Below are positions 7,981 through 17,280 of a stretch of DNA of 31,086 nt, in pieces. Numbering within the stretch: position 1 is the stretch's first letter; every line of letters starts with the position of its first letter. This DNA comes from Planctomycetota bacterium (lineage in GTDB: Bacteria; Planctomycetota; UBA8108; UBA8890; UBA8898), in contig JBFZCA010000003.1 of assembly GCA_041308205.1 (NCBI GenBank), forward strand, positions 1-31,086. Direction: 5' to 3'. The notes under the pieces were generated by a model, which was given only the letters and a program-made list of their open reading frames with translations, ran no database searches and had not been told where the DNA came from. The position numbers and the translations under genes were made by a program.

Positions 7981-8868
7981 ATGGGCTTCGCGTATACCTA
8001 CTACCCGGGATGCTCGTTGGATGCCACGAGCCGCTGGTACGGGCGATCGATTGAAGCGTCCGCCAGGGCGCTCGACGTCGAGCTGTGCGAGCTTGCGGAC
8101 TGGAACTGCTGCGGCGCGACCGCGTACATGAGCGTTCGAGAGCTCATGAGCTTCTGCGTGACGGCGCGCAATCTCGCCCTCGCCGAGCCCTACAGGCGCG
8201 ACATCGTCTCGCCCTGCAGCGCGTGCTTCACCGTGCTCTCCAAGACGAACCGCTACTTCGCGCAGATTCCCGAGGTGCGCGAGAAGGTGAGCGCGGCGCT
8301 CGCGGCGGCGGGGCTCGCCTACGGGGGGACGGTCAAGGTCCGCCACATCCTCGATGCCTTCGTCAACGATGTGGGCGTCGATGCGATCAGGCATCGAGTG
8401 ACGCATCCGCTCGGCGGGCTCAAGATCGCGCCCTACTACGGCTGCCAGATCGTTCGGCCCGAGACCGGCTTGGACAGCCCGGAGTATCCCACGATGCTCG
8501 AGCGGCTGCTCGCGGCGCTCGGCGCCGAACCGGTCGAGTACGAGATGCGCGCCCGCTGCTGCGGCGCATCGCTGATCGTGAGCCGCGAGGACGTGGCGCT
8601 GGAGCTGATCGCCGATCTCCTGCGGTGCGCCCGCGACGCCGGCGCCGAGGCGATCGCGACCGTGTGCCCGATGTGCCACATCAACCTCGAGAGCCAGATG
8701 GCGCGGATCAACGCGCGCTACGGGCTCGATGTCCGCCTCCCCGTGCTGTTCTTCTCGCAGCTCATGGGCGCGGCGCTCGGGGCGGACGAATCCGATCTCG
8801 GGCTCGGCAAGGGTTTTCTCGATGCGCGGCCGCTTCTCGAGCGCCGCGGCGCGGGCGTGCGGGTCTGA
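7981..8868 (+). CDS. hdrB: Heterodisulfide reductase subunit B (two CCG domains)
   Basis: YYPGCSL, WNCCGA, SPCSAC, YYGCQ, RCCGAS, TVCPMC. AAGGAGG RBS upstream. Confidence 0.92.
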   Translation: MGFAYTYYPGCSLDATSRWYGRSIEASARALDVELCELADWNCCGATAYMSVRELMSFCVTARNLALAEPYRRDIVSPCSACFTVLSKTNRYFAQIPEVREKVSAALAAAGLAYGGTVKVRHILDAFVNDVGVDAIRHRVTHPLGGLKIAPYYGCQIVRPETGLDSPEYPTMLERLLAALGAEPVEYEMRARCCGASLIVSREDVALELIADLLRCARDAGAEAIATVCPMCHINLESQMARINARYGLDVRLPVLFFSQLMGAALGADESDLGLGKGFLDARPLLERRGAGVRV

Positions 8869-8884
8869 GAAGAGGAGGAGCACG

Positions 8885-9760
8885 ATGCAGGACACGCCGG
8901 CATGCAGAATAGGCTGCTACATCTGCCACTGCGGCACCAATATCGCGCAGATGGTCGATGTGGAGGAGGTCACCGCCTTCGCGGCCGGGGAGCCCAACGT
9001 GGCCGTGGCGCGCCACGACAAGTACATGTGCTCCGATCCGGGGCAGGCGATGATCATCGCCGACATCAAGAGCCTCGCGCTCGACCGCATCGTCGTCGCC
9101 TCCTGCTCGCCGCGCATGCACGAGCCGACCTTCCAGCGGGCGTGCGAGCGCGCCGGCCTCAACAAGTACCTCTTCGAGATGGCCAACATCCGCGAGCACT
9201 GCGCGTGGGTGCACGAGGAGCGGCGCAAGGCCACCGACAAGGCCAAGGCGCTCGTCAATGCCGCGCTCAAGCGCGTGGCGTTCCACGAGCCGCTGCAGGA
9301 CCGCAAGGTGCCCATCCACCCCGACGCCGTCGTCGTGGGGGGCGGCATCGCCGGCATCACCGCGGCGCTCACGATCGCGGACGGCGGCTCGAAGGTCTAT
9401 CTCGTCGAGAAGGAGCCCTCGATCGGCGGCCACATGAGCGAGTTCGACAAGACCTTCCCGACGCTGGACTGCTCGGCGTGCATCCTGACGCCCAAGATGA
9501 CCGCCGTGGGCCAGCATCCGAACATCGAGCTGCTCACGAACGCGGAGGTGGCCAAGGTCGAGGGCTCGATCGGGGACTTCACGGTGACCATTCGCAAGAA
9601 GGCGCGCTACGTGGACGAGGAGGCGTGCACGGGCTGCGGCCAGTGCTGGACCCTGTGCCCGTCCCGCACCACGCCGCGCAGGAAGACGATACGCATCAGG
9701 ACCAAGTTCGGCGACCAGATCGTGAGGAGGGCGCGCAATGGCGACGAGAACCGCGCGTGA
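8885..9760 (+). CDS. hdrA: HdrA N-terminal half (291 aa), ending after the first half of the inserted ferredoxin
   Basis: IGCYICHCGTNIA, SCSPRMHEPTF, NIREHCAWVH, VVGGGIAG, DKTFPTLDCSACILTPKM, RYVDEEACTGCGQCWTLCP, then stop. AGGAGG RBS before ATG 8885. Confidence 0.9.
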   Translation: MQDTPACRIGCYICHCGTNIAQMVDVEEVTAFAAGEPNVAVARHDKYMCSDPGQAMIIADIKSLALDRIVVASCSPRMHEPTFQRACERAGLNKYLFEMANIREHCAWVHEERRKATDKAKALVNAALKRVAFHEPLQDRKVPIHPDAVVVGGGIAGITAALTIADGGSKVYLVEKEPSIGGHMSEFDKTFPTLDCSACILTPKMTAVGQHPNIELLTNAEVAKVEGSIGDFTVTIRKKARYVDEEACTGCGQCWTLCPSRTTPRRKTIRIRTKFGDQIVRRARNGDENRA

Positions 9761-10220
9761 ACCGGCGGTCGATCTCGCTCCCGCCGAGGGACTCATCAAC
9801 GCGTACGTTGAAAGCCGGGAGGCGACGATCGCGCTCCTGCAGGACGTCCAGAAGCTCTACGGCTATCTGCCGCGCCCGGTGCTCGATCTCATCGCGCGGC
9901 GTCTGGACCTGCCCCGCACGCAGCTCTACGGCCTGGCGACGTTCTACAAGGCGTTCAGCCTCGTGCCGCGGGGGCGGCACTGCATCACCGTGTGCACGGG
10001 GACAACCTGCCACGTGAAGGGCGCGCCGCACTTGCTCGCCACGCTGGAGAGGGAACTGGGATGCCGGTGCGGGGAGACGACCAAGGACGGCCGCTTCACG
10101 CTCGAGCGCGTGAACTGCGTGGGCGCCTGCGCGCGCGCCCCGATCGTCGTCATCGACGAGAAGCCGCACGGGCGGCTCTCGCCGGCGAAGGTCATCAAAA
10201 CCATCGAGCGTTACGAGTGA
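9738..10220 (+). CDS. NuoE/HydC/HoxE-like [2Fe-2S] subunit
   Basis: LLQDVQKLYGYLP, ATFY, VCTGTTCHVKGA, NCVGACARAP. GAGGAGG RBS lies inside the 3' end of hdrA-N. Confidence 0.9.
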   Translation: MATRTAREPAVDLAPAEGLINAYVESREATIALLQDVQKLYGYLPRPVLDLIARRLDLPRTQLYGLATFYKAFSLVPRGRHCITVCTGTTCHVKGAPHLLATLERELGCRCGETTKDGRFTLERVNCVGACARAPIVVIDEKPHGRLSPAKVIKTIERYE

Positions 10221-10237
10221 GACGGGAGTTCGCGCAG

Positions 10238-12268
10238 ATGAAGATACGAAGCATCGCAGACCTTGACCGGATCAAGGAGGAGGGCCTCGGGCTCCTGTAT
10301 CCGAACCGCACGAAGATCGTCGTCGGCACGGCGACGTGCGGCCTGGCGGCCGGCGCGGGAGAGGTGCTGGAGGCGTTCCGCCGGGCGGCCGGCGAGGGCG
10401 GGCTCGACGCCGTCGTCGAGGAGAGCGGCTGCATCGGGTTCTGCCAGATGGAGCCGCTCGTCACGGTCCACCGGCCGGGAACGCCGAAGATCGTGTACCA
10501 CGCGATGACGCCGAAGAAGGCCGAGGCGCTGTGCCGCGAGCTGCGCGAGGGCAGGCTGAGCAGCGCCGGGGCGCTCGGCGAGATCCGGTGCGAGACAGCG
10601 CTCCTGACCGGCGAGGAGCGGCGCTTTGCGGCGAACGGGGGCGGCGGCGCCGGGGCGGCGCTTCCGGATTTCGACGATCTGCCCTTCTACCGCAAGCAGC
10701 TCAAGATCGCGCTGCGCAACTGCGGCTACATCGACCCGGAGGACATCCGGCACTACATCGCGCGCGGCGGGTACTACACGCTCCGCGCGGTGCTCGCCGA
10801 GCGCACGCCCGACGAGATCATCGACGAGATCACGAAGAGCGGGCTTCGCGGCCGCGGCGGCGGGGGATTTCCGACCGGGCGCAAGTGGCGCTCGTGCCGC
10901 AACGCGCCCGGCGCGCGGCGCTACGTGATATGCAACGCGGACGAGGGCGACCCGGGGGCGTTCATGGATCGCAGCCTGCTCGAGGGCGACCCCCACGGCA
11001 TGCTCGAGGGCATGATCATCGGCGCCTTCGCGATCGGGAGCGACCGGGGTTACATCTACGTCCGCAACGAGTATCCCCAGGCCGTCAAGAAGCTCATGCG
11101 GGCCCTGGAAGAGTGCCGCGCCTACGGGCTTCTCGGGGCCGACATCATGGGCTCCGGCGTCTCCTTCGACGTCACGATCAACCGCGGCGGCGGCGCGTTC
11201 GTGTGCGGCGAGTCGACCGCCCTGATGGCATCGATCGAGGGCAAGGTCGGCGAGCCCCGCGCGAAGTACATTCACACGGTCGAGCAGGGCCTCCACAACC
11301 TGCCCACGTGCCTGAACAACGTCGAGACCTGGGCGAACGTGCCCGTCGTGATGCACAAGGGCGCGGCCTGGTTCGCGTCCATCGGGACCGAGGGGAGCAA
11401 GGGCACCAAGGTGTTCAGCCTGGTGGGCGATGTGAAGCACTCGGGGCTCATCGAGGTTCCGATGGGGATCTCGATTCGCGAGGTCCTGTACGACATCGGC
11501 GGCGGCATCGAGGAGGGGCACCGCTTCAAGGCGGTGCAGACGGGCGGGCCGTCCGGCGGCACGATTCTCGTCGACGAGAAGGGCGCGACGGTGAGAACGA
11601 GCACCCCGTCGGAGGACGGCGCTCCCCTCGGCTTCGTCCCGGAAAGCCTGCTCGATCTGCCGGTCGATTTCGACAGCCTCACCGAGGCCGGCTCCATGAT
11701 GGGCTCGGGCGGCATGATCGTCATGGACGAGAAGAACTGCATGGTGGACATCGCGCGCTACTACATCAGCTTTCTCTGCGAGGAGAGCTGCGGCCGATGC
11801 CTGCCCTGCCGCGAGGGGCTCCGCCAGATGGCGGCGATCCTGGACCGTATCACCTCCGGCCGCGGGGAGCACGGCGACATCGAGCTCCTGGAGGAGCTGG
11901 GCGCCGTCGTCATGGACACGTCGCTGTGCGCGCTCGGCGGCACGGCCGCGAACCCGCCGCTCTCGACGATCCGCTACTTCCGCGACGAGTACGAGGCGCA
12001 CATCTACGACAAGAAGTGCCCGGCCGGCGTCTGCAAGGCGCTGATACGATTCGTCATCGACCCGGCGGCGTGCACGGGCTGCGGCGCGTGCCGCGCGGCG
12101 TGCCCCGTGGGCGCGGTCAAGGAAGGCGCCGCACTGCCGGCGCCGGTCGAGGGCGACCCCGCGGCGCCGAGGAAGGCGCGGCTGCTCCACGAGATAGAGC
12201 AGGCCGCGTGCATCAAGTGCGGCGCCTGCGCCGATGCCTGCAAGTTCAACGCCGTGCGCAAGGAGTGA
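10238..12268 (+). CDS. HydB-type (long NuoF) FMN/NADH subunit with N-terminal [2Fe-2S] thioredoxin-like domain and C-terminal 2x[4Fe-4S]
   Basis: TATCGLAAGA...GCIGFC, GLRGRGGGGFPTG, CNADEGDPGAFMDR, FVCGESTAL, NNVET, GGPSGG, ESCGRCLPCREG, SLCALG, CTGCGACRAACP, CIKCGACADAC. Start at ATG 10238 (MKIRSIADL). Confidence 0.92.
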   Translation: MKIRSIADLDRIKEEGLGLLYPNRTKIVVGTATCGLAAGAGEVLEAFRRAAGEGGLDAVVEESGCIGFCQMEPLVTVHRPGTPKIVYHAMTPKKAEALCRELREGRLSSAGALGEIRCETALLTGEERRFAANGGGGAGAALPDFDDLPFYRKQLKIALRNCGYIDPEDIRHYIARGGYYTLRAVLAERTPDEIIDEITKSGLRGRGGGGFPTGRKWRSCRNAPGARRYVICNADEGDPGAFMDRSLLEGDPHGMLEGMIIGAFAIGSDRGYIYVRNEYPQAVKKLMRALEECRAYGLLGADIMGSGVSFDVTINRGGGAFVCGESTALMASIEGKVGEPRAKYIHTVEQGLHNLPTCLNNVETWANVPVVMHKGAAWFASIGTEGSKGTKVFSLVGDVKHSGLIEVPMGISIREVLYDIGGGIEEGHRFKAVQTGGPSGGTILVDEKGATVRTSTPSEDGAPLGFVPESLLDLPVDFDSLTEAGSMMGSGGMIVMDEKNCMVDIARYYISFLCEESCGRCLPCREGLRQMAAILDRITSGRGEHGDIELLEELGAVVMDTSLCALGGTAANPPLSTIRYFRDEYEAHIYDKKCPAGVCKALIRFVIDPAACTGCGACRAACPVGAVKEGAALPAPVEGDPAAPRKARLLHEIEQAACIKCGACADACKFNAVRKE

Positions 12269-12272
12269 TGCG

Positions 12273-14027
12273 ATGGCGGACAAGAGCGTGAAGCTGACGA
12301 TCGACGGGAAGGAGATCGAGGTCGAGCCGGACATCTACATCCTGGAGGCCGCCGAACGGCTCGGCATCTGGATCCCCACGCTGTGCAACTACCGCGGGCT
12401 CACGCCGTTCGGCGTCTGCCGCATGTGCACGGTCGAGGTCGCGCGCGGAACGCGCGTGCGTCTCGTGACCTCGTGCAACCACCCCGTGAGCGACGGCCTG
12501 GTCGTCAGGACCAACACCGAGCGGGTGCGCACGGCGCGGCGAATCCTGGTCGAGCTCCTGTGCGCGCGCCACGGCAAGGTGGGCGTCATCAAGCGGCTCG
12601 CCGAGAACGTCGGCGTGACCAAGCCGCGCTTCGGCGAGGGCGACGAGCCGTGCATCCTGTGCGGCCTGTGCGTGCGGGCCTGCGACGAGATGGCGAAGGC
12701 GAACGCCATCGGCTTCGCGCAGCGCGGCACGGACAAGATCGTGACGACGCCCTACCACGAGGAATCCGAGACGTGCATCAACTGCGGCGCGTGCGCGAAG
12801 GTCTGCCCCACGGGGGCGATCTACATCGAGGGCGCGCAGGAGCTGCGCCACGACGAGCTCGCCCTGGGCCCCAACGCGGCCATCGCCGTGCCCACGATGC
12901 AGGCCGTGCCCAACGTGCCGCGCCTCGATGCCGATGCGTGCCTCCACTTCACAACGGGCGGCTGCGGGATCTGCGCGACGAACTGCCCGGCCAAGGCCAT
13001 CGACTACGAGATGCAGGACAAGGAGATCGAGGTCAAGGCCGGCACCGTGGTGGTGGCGACGGGGTTCCAGGTCTTCGACCCCTCGGTCGCCGAGCAGTAC
13101 GGGTACGGGCGCCTTCCGAACGTCATCACATCGCTCGAGTTCGAGCGCCTGTCGAACGCCGCGGGCCCGACGGGCGGCAAGATCCTCCTGCGCAACGGCA
13201 CGCCGCCCGCGTCGGTCGCGATCCTGCACTGCATCGGCAGCCGCGACGAGCACTACCACCGCTACTGCTCGCGCGTGTGCTGCATGTACTCGCTCAAGTT
13301 CGCGCACCTCGTCCACGAGAAGCTCGGGGCGCGGGTCTACCAGCTCTACATCGACATGCGGACGTTCGGCAAGGGCTACGAGGAGTTCTACGACCGCCTG
13401 CTCAAGGAGGGCGCGCTCTTCATCCGCGGCAAGGGCGCGGAGGTGACGCCGGGCGTGCCGGGCGGCGCCGAGGCGGGCAAGCTCGTCGTCAAGTGCGAGG
13501 ACACGCTCGCCGGCGTCCAGCGCCGCATCCCGGTCGACATGGTCGTCTTGTCGGTGGCGCTCGAGGCGCGGTCCGATGCGCGCGAGGTCGAGCGGCTCTT
13601 CAACCTGTGCCGCAGCGAGGACGGGTTCTTCCTCGAGCAGCACCCGAAGCTCGCGCCGGTCGAGACCACGACCGACGGCGTCTTCCTCGCGGGGTGCTGC
13701 CAGAGCCCGAAGGACATTCCCGACACCGTCGCGCAGGGAGGCGCCGCGGCCAGCCAGGCCCTGAGCCTGATCCTGCGGGGGGAGACCACGCTGAGCGGCG
13801 CCTGCGCGGAGGTCAACCCCGACCTGTGCAGCGGCTGCCGCGTCTGCAACGAGCTCTGCCCCTACAGCGCGATCTCCTACGACGCGGAGAAGAAGGTGAG
13901 CGCCGTCAACGAGAGCCTGTGCAAGGCCTGCGGCACGTGCGTGGCGGCCTGCCCGAGCGGCGCGATCAAGGGCAAGCACTTCACCAAGGAGCAGATCCTC
14001 GCCGAGATCGAGGGGGTGTTGCGATGA
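12273..14027 (+). CDS. Fusion: NuoG/HoxU-like [2Fe-2S]+2x[4Fe-4S] module joined to the HdrA C-terminal half (584 aa)
   Basis: N-part PTLC...CRMC...[26 protein letters not shown]. Then HdrA motifs [76 protein letters not shown] and a C-terminal ferredoxin. Confidence 0.9.
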   Translation: MADKSVKLTIDGKEIEVEPDIYILEAAERLGIWIPTLCNYRGLTPFGVCRMCTVEVARGTRVRLVTSCNHPVSDGLVVRTNTERVRTARRILVELLCARHGKVGVIKRLAENVGVTKPRFGEGDEPCILCGLCVRACDEMAKANAIGFAQRGTDKIVTTPYHEESETCINCGACAKVCPTGAIYIEGAQELRHDELALGPNAAIAVPTMQAVPNVPRLDADACLHFTTGGCGICATNCPAKAIDYEMQDKEIEVKAGTVVVATGFQVFDPSVAEQYGYGRLPNVITSLEFERLSNAAGPTGGKILLRNGTPPASVAILHCIGSRDEHYHRYCSRVCCMYSLKFAHLVHEKLGARVYQLYIDMRTFGKGYEEFYDRLLKEGALFIRGKGAEVTPGVPGGAEAGKLVVKCEDTLAGVQRRIPVDMVVLSVALEARSDAREVERLFNLCRSEDGFFLEQHPKLAPVETTTDGVFLAGCCQSPKDIPDTVAQGGAAASQALSLILRGETTLSGACAEVNPDLCSGCRVCNELCPYSAISYDAEKKVSAVNESLCKACGTCVAACPSGAIKGKHFTKEQILAEIEGVLR

Positions 14028-14479
14028 GCCAGGACTTCGAACCGGTGATCGTCGGCTTCCTCTGCAACTGGTGCAGCTACACGGGCGCCGACCTGGCGGG
14101 CACATCGCGGAGCCGCTACCCGCCGAACCTGCGGATCATCCGCGTGATGTGCAGCGGCCGCGTGGAGCCGGCGTTCGTGCTCAAGGCGTTGCGGGAAGGC
14201 GCCGACGGCGTGCTCGTCGCCGGCTGCCACCCGGGCGACTGCCACTACCAGGAAGGCAACTACAAGACGATGCGCAGGATGGCGCTGCTCGGGCCGCTCC
14301 TCGATCAGTTCGGCATCGAGCGCGCGCGCGTGCGCCTGGAGTGGATCAGCGCGAGCGAGGCCGGCCGGTTCGTCGAGGTCGTGAAGGAGATGACGAGCCG
14401 CATCAAGGCGCTCGGGCCGCTGCGGCTCGGGCATGCGCAGGATGCCGAACCGATCGCGGAGAAGCTGGCGCCCGCGTGA
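14024..14479 (+). CDS. mvhD: MvhD/FlpD-type [2Fe-2S] adaptor subunit
   Basis: [41 protein letters not shown] overlap with the upstream gene. Confidence 0.93.
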   Translation: MSQDFEPVIVGFLCNWCSYTGADLAGTSRSRYPPNLRIIRVMCSGRVEPAFVLKALREGADGVLVAGCHPGDCHYQEGNYKTMRRMALLGPLLDQFGIERARVRLEWISASEAGRFVEVVKEMTSRIKALGPLRLGHAQDAEPIAEKLAPA

Positions 14480-14496
14480 GGGGGGAGGACAGTGCC

Positions 14497-15474
14497 GTGG
14501 GCAAACCCAAAGTCGCGTTCTACTGGTGTGCGAGCTGCGGCGGCTGCGAGGAGGCCGTGGTCGACCTTGCCGAGGGCATCCTCGAGGTCGTCGGCGCGGT
14601 CGACATCGTGCTGTGGCCGGTCGCGCTCGACTTCAAGCTCAAAGATGTCCACGCGCTCCCGGACGGCGCGATCGCCGCGAGCTTCATCAACGGATCGGTG
14701 CGCACCTCGGAGCAGAAGGAGTGGGTCGAGCTCCTGCGCCGGAAATCCGGCCTCGTCGTCGCGTTCGGGTCCTGCGCCCACATCGGGGGCGTGCCGGGCC
14801 TTGCCAATCTGTACGATCGCGCCGGCATCTTCGAGCGCGCCTACGACCTGGTGCCGACGGCAGACAACCCGGGCCGCGTGCACCCCCAGACCTCGACGAA
14901 GGTCGCCGAGGGCGAGCTCAGGCTTCCGGAGTTCTTCAACACGGTCAGGACGCTCGACCAGGTGATACCGGTCGACTACTACCTGCCGGGCTGCGCGCCG
15001 CCCCCGGATCTCATCTTGAACGCCGTGCAGGCGATTCTCGCCGGCACGCTGCCGCCGAAGGGCAGCGTGCTCGCGCCGGCCAAGGCGCTGTGCGACACCT
15101 GCCCGCTCAAGGAGTCCAAGCCCGAGAAGATGGCCATCAAGGAATTCAAGCGCATCGCGACGAGCGCGCCCGATCCCGCGGTCTGCTACCTGGCCCAGGG
15201 CTACGTGTGCCTGGGCCCGGCGACGCGGTCGGGGTGCGGAGAACGCTGCATCAAGGCCAACATGCCGTGCCGGGGGTGCTTCGGCCCGACGCCCGAAGCG
15301 ACCGACCTGGGCGCGAAGGCGCTGGGGGCGCTGGCATCGATGGTCGACACGAAGGACCCGGACGAAGCGGCGCGGATCATGGCGATGCTGCCCGACCCCG
15401 CGGGAGCCCTGTACATGTACGCGCTTCCCAGCTCCCTTTTGCAGCGCAAGAAGATGGAGGCGGCGCATGGCTAA
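14497..15474 (+). CDS. mvhG: Group 3c-type [NiFe]-hydrogenase small subunit
   Basis: WCASCGGC, AFGSCA, LPGCAPP, LCDTC, CLGPATRSGC, CRGCFGP. GGAGGA RBS before GTG 14497. Confidence 0.9.
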   Translation: MGKPKVAFYWCASCGGCEEAVVDLAEGILEVVGAVDIVLWPVALDFKLKDVHALPDGAIAASFINGSVRTSEQKEWVELLRRKSGLVVAFGSCAHIGGVPGLANLYDRAGIFERAYDLVPTADNPGRVHPQTSTKVAEGELRLPEFFNTVRTLDQVIPVDYYLPGCAPPPDLILNAVQAILAGTLPPKGSVLAPAKALCDTCPLKESKPEKMAIKEFKRIATSAPDPAVCYLAQGYVCLGPATRSGCGERCIKANMPCRGCFGPTPEATDLGAKALGALASMVDTKDPDEAARIMAMLPDPAGALYMYALPSSLLQRKKMEAAHG

Positions 15475-16927
15475 GCGCATCACGATCGATCCCGTCACGC
15501 GCCTCGAGGGCCACGGCAAGATCGAGATCTTCCTGGACGATGCCGGCAACGTGGCGAACGCCTACCTGCAGATCCCCGAGCTGCGGGGCTTCGAGAAGTT
15601 CGCGGAGGGGCGCCTCGTCGAGGACATGCCGCGCATCACGCCCAAGATCTGCGGCGTGTGCCCGACCGCCCACCATATGGCCTCGGGGAAGACCGTGGAC
15701 GCGGTGTACCACGTCGATCCGCCGCCCGCGGCGAAGAAGATCCGCGAGCTCATCAACTCGGCGTTCGCGGTCGAGGACCACACGCTGCACTTCTACTTCC
15801 TCGGCGGGCCCGATTTCGTCGTGGGGCCCGAGGCGCCGGCCGCCGAGCGGAACATCCTCGGCGTCATAGGCAAGGTCGGCGTCGAGGCCGCGACGAGGGT
15901 GATCGGCATTCGCCGCCGCCTGCGCGCGATCATCACGGCGCTCGGCGGCCGCGTCATTCACCCCGTGTGCAACGTCCCGGGGGGCGTGTCCAAGGGCGTC
16001 ACGAAGGAGATGCGCGAGGAGTTCATCGCGGCGGCCGAGGATGCGGTCGAGTTCGCGAAGTTCACGCTGGGGGTGTTCGGCAAGATCGTCCTCGCGAACA
16101 AGAGCTACGTCGACCTCGTCGTCGGCGACATCTACCTTCACCGCACGTACTACATGGGGCTCGTCGATGCGCAAAATCGCCTGAATCTGTACGACGGCAT
16201 GATCAGGGTCGTCACGCCGTCCGGCAAGGAATTCGCGAAGTTCCCGCCGAGCGAGTACGTCGAGCACATCGCCGAGCACGTCGAGCCCTGGAGCTACATC
16301 AAGTTTCCGTACCTCAAGAAGGTGGGGTGGAAGGGCTTCACGGACGGCGAGACGAGCGGCGTTTACCGGGTTGCGCCGCTCGCCAGGCTCAACGCCGCCG
16401 AGGGCATGGCGACGCCGGCCGCCCAGGAGGAGTACGAGCGCATGTACGCGACGCTCGGCGGGAAGCCCGCCCACAATACGCTCGCCTACCACTGGGCGCG
16501 CCTCGTCGAGCTCCTCTACGCCGCGGAGCGCCTGCGCGAGCTGGCGCGGGACGAGGAGATCCTCGATCCGCACATCCGCACGCTGCCGACCGCGACGCCG
16601 ACCGAGGGCGTGGGCGTCGTCGAGGCCCCGCGCGGGACCCTGTACCACCACTACAAGACCGACGAGCGCGGGGTCGTCACGGAGGCCAACCTCATCGTCG
16701 CGACCGTCAACAACTCGGCTGCGATCTCGATGTCGATCGCGCGCGCGGCCAGGAAGCTCATCACAAACGGCGAGGTCCGGGACGGCCTTCTCAACATGGT
16801 CGAGATGGCCTTCAGGGCCTACGACCCCTGCTTCGCGTGCGCGACGCACGCGGCGGGGCAGACGCCGCTCATCGTGACGGTGCGGGACGCGCGCGGCGCG
16901 CCCCTCCGGGTCCTCCGCAGGGACTGA
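15467..16927 (+). CDS. mvhA: Group 3c-type [NiFe]-hydrogenase large subunit
   Basis: TRLEGHG, L1 KICGVCPTAH, EAPRGTLYHHY, L2 RAYDPCFACATH followed by a 25-aa C-terminal extension. Adjacent to mvhDG and hdr genes. Confidence 0.93.
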   Translation: MAKRITIDPVTRLEGHGKIEIFLDDAGNVANAYLQIPELRGFEKFAEGRLVEDMPRITPKICGVCPTAHHMASGKTVDAVYHVDPPPAAKKIRELINSAFAVEDHTLHFYFLGGPDFVVGPEAPAAERNILGVIGKVGVEAATRVIGIRRRLRAIITALGGRVIHPVCNVPGGVSKGVTKEMREEFIAAAEDAVEFAKFTLGVFGKIVLANKSYVDLVVGDIYLHRTYYMGLVDAQNRLNLYDGMIRVVTPSGKEFAKFPPSEYVEHIAEHVEPWSYIKFPYLKKVGWKGFTDGETSGVYRVAPLARLNAAEGMATPAAQEEYERMYATLGGKPAHNTLAYHWARLVELLYAAERLRELARDEEILDPHIRTLPTATPTEGVGVVEAPRGTLYHHYKTDERGVVTEANLIVATVNNSAAISMSIARAARKLITNGEVRDGLLNMVEMAFRAYDPCFACATHAAGQTPLIVTVRDARGAPLRVLRRD

Positions 16928-16991
16928 GCGCGGCGCGCCGCCTCAGCAGCCGGGAAGCCGATCCTTCGTGAACTCGAATCCCGCCTCGGGG
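16884..16991. repeat. 108-bp direct repeat, left copy
   Basis: 107/108 identical to 23654-23761; the single difference is 16909 G vs 23679 C. Confidence 0.97.
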
Positions 16992-17104
16992 CAGGGGGGC
17001 CGGTATGCTCACGCGGCCCCGCGCCACACGCGCGCCCGCACACACGCCGCGCGGGATGTGCACGGGCTCGCGCGCGGCGCTTCGAGAGCTCCCGCGCCTC
17101 TCGT

Positions 17105-17133
17105 TTGACAGCCGGAATGCTCGCGATTAGGAT
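17105..17133 (+). promoter_or_regulatory. Sigma-70 promoter for the giant gene
   Basis: TTGACA (17105-17110), 17-nt spacer, TAGGAT (17128-17133). Confidence 0.6.
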
Positions 17134-17280
17134 CGTGGATGACAAGGACGCGAACGAGATTCCCTGCCCGCAGAAGGCGCGCCGCTCAGGCCTGATTCAC
17201 GCAGGCAGCGCGCGATTCCCTGCGACTTTCGCCTCGGCTGTCCATGCGGGCAGGACGCGCCAGGCAAGGAGGGCTTCCCG

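Noticed and set aside
8885-9760. Short hdrA read as a truncated pseudogene
   Set aside because: All missing HdrA motifs are present and intact in 12273-14027, and the next gene has a good RBS inside the hdrA-N end, which suggests a maintained arrangement.
9738-12870. nuoE/nuoF/nuoG-like genes read as respiratory complex I
   Set aside because: There are no membrane or NuoBCD subunits, the NuoF is the long HydB type, and the NuoG part is fused to HdrA.
10211-14105. Long antisense ORFs (10211-12334, 12246-14105) and similar ones at 8762-9799, 15377-16849, 18826-21534, 23597-25852, 24902-26764 and 27026-28609
   Set aside because: These are shadow or alternate frames of well-supported genes. Stop codons are rare at this GC content, and the products have no motifs.
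14024-16927. Selenocysteine variants of MvhD or MvhA
   Set aside because: There is no in-frame TGA, and all ligand positions are Cys codons.
17015-17065. CACACGCGCGC-like similarity to the ELWxxDGT signal-peptide region (26800-26830), hinting at a collapsed paralogue
   Set aside because: Only about 11 bp of low-complexity GC/CA sequence match, which chance can explain.
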